A stretch of DNA of 64,000 nt from the NCBI GenBank assembly GCA_951406725.2, contig OX597822.1, positions 29,512,001 to 29,576,000 of the forward strand, read 5' to 3'. Below are positions 52,483 through 64,000 of this stretch, piece after piece. Made by a program: the position numbers and the translations under genes. The notes below the pieces were generated by a model. It was not told where the DNA came from. It saw only the letters and a list, made by a program, of their open reading frames with translations, and ran no database searches. Positions within the stretch are counted from its first letter, which is position 1; each line of letters opens with the position of its first letter. Source of the stretch: Octopus vulgaris. Its lineage: Eukaryota.

Positions 52483-52950
52483 ATGTATGTATGTATGTAT
52501 GTATGTATGTATGTATGTATGTATGTATGTATGTATGTATGTATGTATGTATGTATGTATGTGTGTATGTATGTGTGTATGTATGTATGTATGTATGTAT
52601 GTGTGTATGTATGTATGTATGTATGTATGTATGTATGTATGTATGTATGTATGTATGTATGCATGCATGCATGCATGTCTGTATGTATGTATGTATGTAT
52701 GTACGTACGTACGTACGTATGTATGTATGTATGTATGTATGTATGTATGTATGTATGTATGTATGTATGTATGTATGTATGTATGTATATATGTATGTGT
52801 GTGTCTGCCTGCCTGCCTATCTATCTGCCTGTCTCTTTGTCTGCCTGCCCGCTTCCCAGTCTGTCTGTCTATCTATCTAAACAATACACATTGGCAGAAA
52901 ATCATCCGGAGGGCAGTTTCTGCAAGTTATTTTGAAATAAATTTACTCAC

Positions 52951-53058
52951 GTATTCTTTGATTGTATTCTAAACTGTAACTTTCCTGTTGTATTTCTGGT
53001 ACGCTGAAGCTTATCTCAAGGCAATACTCGTCTGTTAATCCTTCAGTGTCTTCGGGAA
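52951..53058 (-). CDS. Gene B exon 2 (exon 1 not found in the window)
   Basis: gtttttttcag|TT..AGAATAC|gtgagt; 108 nt, phase 1->1. Encodes xPEDTEGLTDEYCLEISFSVPEIQQESYSLEYNQRI(H) and joins exon 3 in frame. Not in the ORF track. Confidence 0.88.
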
Positions 53059-53254
53059 CTGAAAAAAACACCAACAGAAAAAAAGGTTACAATGGAATCA
53101 TTTTGAGAAGCTTTACAAAATAACATAATAGCCTTCTCTCAATTTCAAACATATATTATATCAGTCTCGCTACATTCATGTTTGATAGTTCCGTACCATA
53201 TTGCACGTCAGTCCGTGCACGCCCACCCTCATATATGGTTCCTTAGGAAGTTTG

Positions 53255-53672
53255 GATCTTTTCGGTTTGACCGGCAGTTTTTAAAAATAATTTCCACGTA
53301 ACTAAACACTTTTAAACTTCGTATACTGGTAGAATGTGTGTATAAAACATCTTTTTCTCTTGGCTTTATTGAGAAAAATCTATAGTTTGTAAGATATTTG
53401 TTGTTTTTTCTTCAATTTCTGCAATTTCAACCAATCAATGACCTCTATTGAGGTGAAAACATTCTGTGCCGTATGAATATGTCTCTCGTTTAAGAAACAG
53501 ATTGGGTTTATTTATATTTGTGAAGAAAAAAAAGATACCCTTCCCCCCACCCCTAAACCTAACTAACCCTAAAACAGATTGAAATGCAATAGATCGATAC
53601 TAGGGTCATAATTATGGGTGACAATTTCATGTGACACCGCTAGAAAAAACTGCCGTTCAAACCGAAAAGATC
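53255..53672. mobile_element. MITE with ~28-bp terminal inverted repeats
   Basis: GATCTTTTCGGTTTGACCGGCAGTTTTT at the left end and AAAAACTGCCGTTCAAACCGAAAAGATC at the right. Confidence 0.85.
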
Positions 53673-54142
53673 AGTGAATCGAAGTTAAGATGACTTGAAT
53701 GCGCCTTGTCGATAATTTATGCTTATTTCTAACAACAGTAATAATGTGGTTAGGGTATTCGGCTCACGATCGTAAAGTCGAGAGTTCAATTCCCAGCGAC
53801 GCGTTGTGTCCTTAAGCAAGACACTTTATTTCACGTTGCTTCAGTCCACTCAACTGGCAAAAGCCAGTTGTACCTGTATTTCAAAGGTAGAACTAGTAGG
53901 ATCAAAGGTAGAACTCTCGTCTCGTAACCGACGGTGATCCAGCGCTAGGAGCAATGATTTTTTATTCTTTGATTTGTTTCAGTCATTTGACTACGGCCAT
54001 GTTGGAGCACCGCTTTTAGTCGAGCAAATCGACCGCAGAACTTATTCTTTGTAAGCCTAGTACTTATTCTATCGGTCTATTGCCGAACCGCTAAGTGACG
54101 GGGACGTAAACACACCACCATCGGTTGTCAAGGGATGTTGGT

Positions 54143-54201
<59 letters not shown>

Positions 54202-54598
54202 CGACAGGCTTCTTTCAGTTTCCGTCTACCAAATCCAATTACAGGGCTTTGGTCAGCCTGAGGCTATAGTTGATGACACTTGCCCAAGGTGCTACGCAGT
54301 GGGACTGAACACGGAACCATGTGGTTGGTAAGCAAGCTACTTACTACACAGCCACTCCTGCGCCTGATTCTTAACAGAATAACAAGGCAAAATATTATAA
54401 GTGATGATAGAGTCAATATCCTCGCACGGTAATTAATTCTAATTAATCTTGACTCCTGAATTTTTGAAATGAATAAATAAATAAATAAAATATGCCATGC
54501 TACAAAAAAAAAACAAGTTCAAAGAAACAAAGAAGTAGATTTCAGTTGGATTTAAACTCAGAACACATATCTAAGTCTTATGCAAGCGTACGTTGTCT

Positions 54599-54985
54599 GA
54601 TGGATGGAAGCACTCCGTCGGTTACGACGACGAGGGTTCCGGTTGATCCGATCAACGGAACAGCCTGCTCGTGAAATTAACGTGTAAGTGGCTGAGCACT
54701 CCACAGACACGTGTACCCTTAACGTAGTTCTCGGGGATATTCAGCGTGACACAGAGAGTGACAAGGCCGGCCCTTTGAAATACAGGTACAACAGAAACTG
54801 GAAGTAGGAGTAAGAGAAAGTTGTGGTGAAAGAGTACAGCATGGATCACCACCATCCCCTGCCGGAGCCTCGTGGAGCTTTAGGTGTTTTCGCTCAATAA
54901 ACACTCACAATGCCCGGTCTGGGAATCGAAACCGCGATCCTACGACCGCGAGTCCGCTGCCCTAACCACTGGGCCATTGCGCCTC
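54599..54985 (-). mobile_element. Full-length SINE family 1 copy with 12-bp TSD
   Basis: TSD CGTACGTTGTCT at 54587-54598 and 54986-54997. Confidence 0.9.
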
Positions 54986-55414
54986 CGTACGTTGTCTACA
55001 ACGATAGCAATTCCGTCATTTGCCAGATTAAACAATAACAAAGAAACCACTACCTTGTCGAATCTGTTTTAATGATATTAAATTGTGAAGAAAGGGGAGA
55101 ATAGGAACGGTGACATGACGGTCAGGCTAAATTGTGTCTTTTCCCTCCAGTATCTCCCTTTTCTTTATTTTTCCCTTTTTGTATATTTCTAGTTGTTTCT
55201 GTTACTCTTTTACTCTATTACTTGTTTCAGTCATTTGACTGAGGCCATGCTGGAGCACCGCCTTTAGTCGAGGAAATCGACCCAAGGACTTATTCTTTGT
55301 AAGCCTAGTGCTTATTCTATCGGTCTCTTTCTGCCGAACCGCTAAGTTACGGGGACGTAAACACACCAGCATCGGTTGTCAAGCGATGTTGGGGAGGCCA
55401 AACACAAACACATC

Positions 55415-55485
<71 letters not shown>

Positions 55486-55487
55486 GC

Positions 55488-57992
<2,505 letters not shown>

Positions 57993-60900
57993 AAAAAAAA
58001 AAAAAAAAAAACATATACATATACACGACAGGCTTCTTTCAGTTTCCGTCTACCAAATCCACTCACAAGGCTTTGGTTGGCCCGAGGCTTTAGTAGAAGA
58101 CACATGCCGAAGGTGTCACGCAGTGGGACTGAACCCGGAACCATGTGGTTCGTAAGCAAGCTACTTACCACACAGCCACACATTTTGTTTTTTCTTCCTG
58201 CGTGGTCTATCTTTCACTCTATCATCAATCCCCCCTTCCAGTTTCCGTCCGTATCTCCCCCACTCCCTCTCTTTCCAAACATTGTTTTTTAAATATTTCT
58301 CCGTTGTTCATTAATATACCTTTCACGTCTCACACTCCCAATCTTTCTCTCACACACATATAATTATCCTTTCTCCTGGTGGCACAAGGACTCAGATTTG
58401 TGGAGAGGAGACTAGTCGATTAAATCGACCCCTGTGTTTCACTGGTATCTAATTTATCGACCCCAAAAGGATGAAAGGCAAAGTCGACCTCGGCGGAATT
58501 TGAACTCAGAACGTAGCTGCAGATGAAATGCCCCTAAGCATTTCGCCCGGCGTACTAACGATTCTGTCTGCTAGCCGCCTCACACACACGCACGCACACA
58601 TAATGCCCACACAATACATACATTGTTTGTTCCTTCTCGAGCCATGCCTGGCTCATAAGGGCCGGCTCCCCGGTTTCCTTGGCGTATAGGTTCCCCACCT
58701 GGACGGGACGCAAAATGCAGGAGGAAAGAGTGAGAGAAAGTTGTGGCGAAAGAGTCAGCAGAAGTTCGTCATTACCTCCTGCTGAAGCTGCGTGGAGCTT
58801 AGGTGTTTCGCTTATAAACAAAAACATCGCCCCGTCTGAGATTTGAACCCGCGATCCCTTGACTGCGAGTCCGCTGCTCTAACCACTAGGCCATGTGCCT
58901 CCAAACAATACATACAGCTCACATATTTACTTTTCCATTTCTTACGCATATTTCTATCTCTCATTTCCAATTTCTTTCTTTCCCTCCCCCCAACATCTCT
59001 TCCTTCCCCCTTCCATCAAACATTCACACATAGACACGTAATATCGGTTTCAAATTTCGGTGGGATAGACTAAGTCGATTAGGTCGATTACATCAACTGG
59101 TACTTGTTTTCAGGATCTTAAAAGGATGAAATGCAAAGTCGATCTCGGCAGAAGTTGAACTCAGAACGTGAAGACGGGCGAAATACCGCTTAGTATCTTG
59201 CTCGGCGTGCTAACGACTCTGCTAACCCATCGCCTTACGGACGCGTATTATATCAACAAAATTACTGCATTGATCTACAAAGGCGACGAGCTGGCAGAAA
59301 CGTTAGCACGCTCGGCGAAATGCATAGCCGTATTTCCTCTGCCGTTACGTTCTGAGTTCAAATTCCGCCGAGGTCGACTTTGCCTTTCATCCTTTCGGGG
59401 TCGATTAAATAAGTACCAGTTACGCACTGGGGTCGATATAATCGACTTAATCCATTTGTCTGTCCTTGTTTGTTCCCTCTATGTTTAGCTCCTTGTGGGC
59501 AATAAAGAAATAAGTATTTCGTCTGCCGCTACGTTCTGAGTTCAAATTCCGCCGAGGTCGACTTTGCCTTTCATCCTTTCGGGGTCGATACATTAAGTAC
59601 CAGTTGCATACTGGACTCTATGTAATCGACTGGACCCCCCCCCCAAAAAAAAAAATTTCGGGCTTTGTATCTAGAGTAGTAAAAAAAAATTCCTGCATTA
59701 ATCTACTATTGACATTCTCGCAATGAAATTCCACCCAATATCTACATGTTTATCATGTTGTTTATCTTCTAGGAGTTGACATAATTTCTCTCACTCTGGG
59801 AAAAATTTCTCTCACTCATAAATCACAAACAAAAACAATAAAGATAATTTAGAACACCACACCTATTGTGTAATTGAATTCTTGTTTGGACCATCCTTGC
59901 TGAAAATTTTCGTAATAATATTCAGGTGTAAACATTGAGAGAACTTTTTACTCTGTAACACCCACGAACCGTTTTATTTTGTTTTCCATATATAATTGAA
60001 AGCAATTCATTATATTCAAAAGTTAAAAACCAACAAATAAGAAAGTGATTAATGAGTTGATAGATGTTAAGAAATGTTGGAGTCTCATGCACGATTAACA
60101 GATTATTTTCACAATTACTGGTCAAAAAATTCACTGTACAAGAGTTTAAAAAGTAAAAAAGAAAACAAACAAAAAATAAAACAAGCAAGGACGGTAACTA
60201 CGATAAGCTCAGCCAGTGAAAGTTTTTTGGAAAAATTATTTTGCAGTTTGGAATGGATTTGGCCTTAAATTCAATAGGCGAATGCAACGAACATGTTTTG
60301 GAATTATTAAACATCTTCAACAAAACATATTCTGCTTAGATGGCAAGAGTTGGAACTGATCATCCATATAATTGATTACTCCATCTCCATAAATTTGCAG
60401 GCCGTGTGCCAAAAATTATAAAGAATTATTATTATTAAAGCAGTTAGTTGGCAGAATCGTTAGTGTGTCGAACACAGTTCTTAGCTACATTTCTTTTGGC
60501 TTTTCACATTTCTTAGTTCAAATTCCATTGAAGTCGACTTCGCTTTTTCATTTAAGGTCCATAAAATAAAACAAGTTGAATAAAATTGACTAGTCACTTC
60601 CTCCAAAATTACTGGTATTGGACCAAAATTAGAAAGGGTTATGATTTATTATAAAGGGTAGCAAGCTTGGAAAAAAATACCAAGCGGTATTTTTTCCGAC
60701 TCATTACGTTTTCAGTTCGAACTCTGATGGGGTAAACTTTGCCTTTCATTCCTCTGAGATCGACAAAGCAAACCGGAGTCGATCTTATCGTCTTACTGCC
60801 TAAAAATTGGAAGCGTGGCTTAGTGTTTAGGGTGTTGAACTCATGATCGTAAGGTTGTGGTTTCGATTCCTGGACAGGGCGATGCGTTGTGTTCTTGAGC

Positions 60901-63900
60901 AAAACACTTCATTTTCACGTTGCTCCAGTCCACTCAGCTGGCAAAAATGAGTAATCCTGCGACGGATCGGTGTCCCGTCCAGGTGGGGAATTTCTACGCC
61001 ACTGAAACCGGGAAACCATCCCTTATGAGCCTGGCATGGCTCGAGAAAGAACATTTATTTTTTTTATTTATTATAAAGGGGCGTTAAAGCATCGGAGGAA
61101 ATGCTTTGTGGTATTTGTTCTGGCTCATGACGTTCTGAGATCAAATCCTGCCGAGGTCAACTTTGCCTTGCCTCCTTCGGGATAGAGAAAATAAAGTACT
61201 AGCCTAGTACTAGATTTGATGTAATCAGCTAACTCTCACCCCCTTAAAATTGCTGGCTTTGTGCCTGAATCGGAAGCCATTATTGCATTATGTAAAGGAT
61301 TAAGGGAGATCAATTAGTGTTCTTTACTCCCAGCAACTTTTTCTTTATGTATGTATGTATGTATGTACACACACATACTCTTTCTTTCTTTCTTTCTTTC
61401 CTTCTTTCTTTTTTTCTTTCTTTCTTTCACACACACACACACACGTATATATATAAACAGAGCACAAAACAAATTGATATGCAGATGTAACTGCGTAAAG
61501 ACAGACCGATATACAATACAGTTTAAAAGAGGAATAAAGGGAAAACAATGAAATAAAATAACAGGTTAAAAGAATCCATTGTTTGAGATACGGAGGAAGA
61601 TGACTGAATGGTTTCTTCTAAAATATGTTGTGCGTGGAAAAATATTTTCTTTGAAAAATGCTTGTGTTATTAACATTGTCCAATGTCCGAGGTAAAGAAA
61701 AAATATATATCAAAGACAATGGCCGCCATGCCGTTTGCAGCGGAAAGACAGGTTGCCTGTAAGGAGGAGGGAGGAGAGGAAAGAGTGAAGATATAAAGTT
61801 ACATGAAACGTGTTGTTAGCTAGCTTGTAAAATAGCAACATTAGAATAATAGAATTGTTGTTTTCAGTCACTATCGCCATCACCACCACCAACACCCACA
61901 TCACTGCCACCTCTGACACTGTCACCGACATTGCCATCAACACGACCGCCACCGCCACTAATTCCACCGCTGCCACAACCACCAGCACTACTACTGCCGC
62001 CGCTATTGTTGTTACCTTTACCACGTCAACACAAATTACACGAGCTAGAAATGACACGTTTACATGCCCACTTGAACAACTGGAAATAGTAACCAAATAA
62101 TCCTCAAATCATATTTTTCTTGAAAAATAAAATTAAAAAAAAATAACGCTTGGAGACATTACAAAGTGTAGTCCTGGATACACTATTGTTTGTTTCCTCT
62201 CGAGCCATGCCTGGCTCATAAGGGTCGGTTTCCCGGTTTCCTTGGCGTATAGGTCCGTCGCCGGTCCGTCCAGGTGAGCTGCAAGATGCAGGAGGAAAGA
62301 GTGAGAGAAAGTTGTGGCGAAAGAGTCAGCAGAAGTTCGCCATTACTTTCTGCCGGAGCCGCGTGAAGCTTAGGTGTTTCGTTCATAAACACACACACAT
62401 TGCCCGGTCTGAGATTCGAACCCGTGATCCCTCGACCGCGAGTCCGCTGCTCTAACCATTAGGCCATTTGCCTCCACAGATACACTATAACTGACAAAAA
62501 AAAAGACGTTTTGAACAGAACTGGAATGCTTGAGTCCAAAATACGTTTGCTCGATCAGTACTGATCTAAGAATAAACAGAAGTGACCAGAACAACAACAA
62601 CGACAACAATAATACCAACAAAAACACTGGCAATAATTGAGGAACTGCATCGTTAACATAAACACTAAGTAATGGCAGCATAACGGATAACATAGTATAG
62701 GGATGTAGTCCATCAACGTGCTAGAAATAGCTGTCAGATTTCCTTTACATTGCATCAAATATTTTTATAGGGGGACACATTGGAAAATGCAATACAGTAT
62801 AAGTAATATTTGAAAATAGGCAATATGATGAAGGATGGACTGATTTTGATCGTAGATCTGTTTGATTGGGACTGACCTGGCGATAAACAGTAACAGCAGC
62901 AAAAAAAAAAAAAAAAAAGCTGCAGCAACGCCAGCAGTGACCCTAGCTGCTGAGAACTACCAGAATTTCAGCAACACCAATTCTGTCTTCGAGTGAAAAT
63001 ATGTATTATGAAGAGAGTTGTGGTTGTTGTTGAACCTTAGATAAGCTATGTTCAAGCAGACAAGGTCAACGGCATTCTAGACAGGAACAGTTCGTCGTCT
63101 TTTTCTAAGTAACTCCTCCATCCCCGAATTAGAATCACATTATTGAACGTGTTATTTTTCCAAGTCCAAGTCTCAACTTTCGCAAAATTTATTGGGGACG
63201 TGGATAATACTTTCCTCTCTGTACTCGCCTTCCTCCTCAAGCAGTACTTGATGAAATTGTTGAAGGCTTGTCGTTAGAAGTATGGCTCTGTCTCCAGACC
63301 TTTCATCCGACTTCCTTTGCAATAGCAATCAGAATGAGGAAATCTATTCGCTCTTCTTTGCCAAAAGACAACGGTAGTTCTATTTTCTTGAAGGATTCGG
63401 CAATCAACCAAGACAAAAATGTCATAAGTTTTCGGATGTCGGGTGCAGTGGGTATTTATTTTGTCAACTCTGGGGCAATAAAAGTAAAGTTGACACCGAA
63501 TTGAAATTGAATTCGGAGCCATGTGACATAATGATATAATTGTTTCTAACTTAGGCATAATACTAACAATTCTAAAGGAAATCGATACCACCAACTCCAG
63601 TAATTTACTGACACATTGTTTTATCTCACCCGGAAGGATAAAAGGATAAGTTGACTTAACGGGGTTTGAACTCGGAACGTAAAGAGTTGTAAGAAATATT
63701 AGGGACATTTCTTCTGATGCTCTAACTCGCCGTTACATAATCTAATTGTTTCTGATTAAGACACAAGACTAGCAATTTTAAGGGGTGTGTTAATGGATAC
63801 CAGTGACCTAAGCACTTGATTGGTACTTTATTTTATCGGCCCCGGAGGAACGAAAAGTAGAACAGACCTCGGCCAGATTTGGATCCAGAACATAAAGTGC

Positions 63901-64000
63901 CGTAAAGACACTGTAAATCATTTCGCCTGACGCTCTGACGATTCTACCAACTCGCCGCCTTCATTAAGTGGCATTATATAATCCTTTCTGCCATAGGCAC

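Noticed and set aside
53548-53574. Telomere-like CCCTAA repeats
   Set aside because: A few degenerate units inside a MITE; not a telomeric array.
61855-62100. Thr/Ala-rich mucin-like ORF
   Set aside because: Degenerate (ACC/GCC)n repeat with no splice or homology support.

Overview
This is AT-rich, microsatellite-dense eukaryotic DNA. The tRNA-derived SINE families, R4/Dong LINEs and abundant (TA)n/(CA)n/(TATG)n tracts point to an octopus genome (inference). Hand assembly across GT-AG junctions gives two tandem minus-strand paralogues of the PMP22/EMP/claudin four-transmembrane superfamily. Gene A is complete: 5 exons, 24131->7439, 303 aa. Gene B has exons 2-5 here (53058->39080); its exon 1 probably lies beyond the window. 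The rest is transposon debris: mariner, hAT, Penelope GIY-YIG, CR1-group and R4/Dong LINEs, non-autonomous Helitrons, MITEs and SINEs. Three observations stand out. (1) A 26/28-nt intronic antisense copy of gene A's exon-2 splice acceptor could pair over the 3' splice site with an A:C mismatch at codon E89; skipping that exon creates a TAA exactly at the new junction. (2) Nine minimal hammerhead-ribozyme-like motifs with palindromic helix III occur, including U3-A8 and G3-C8 covariant cores and very long helix II; eight are sense to the host genes. (3) A retrozyme-like cassette has two hammerhead-bearing direct repeats flanking a captured LINE RT fragment. All calls are by eye; no database searches or folding calculations were run.
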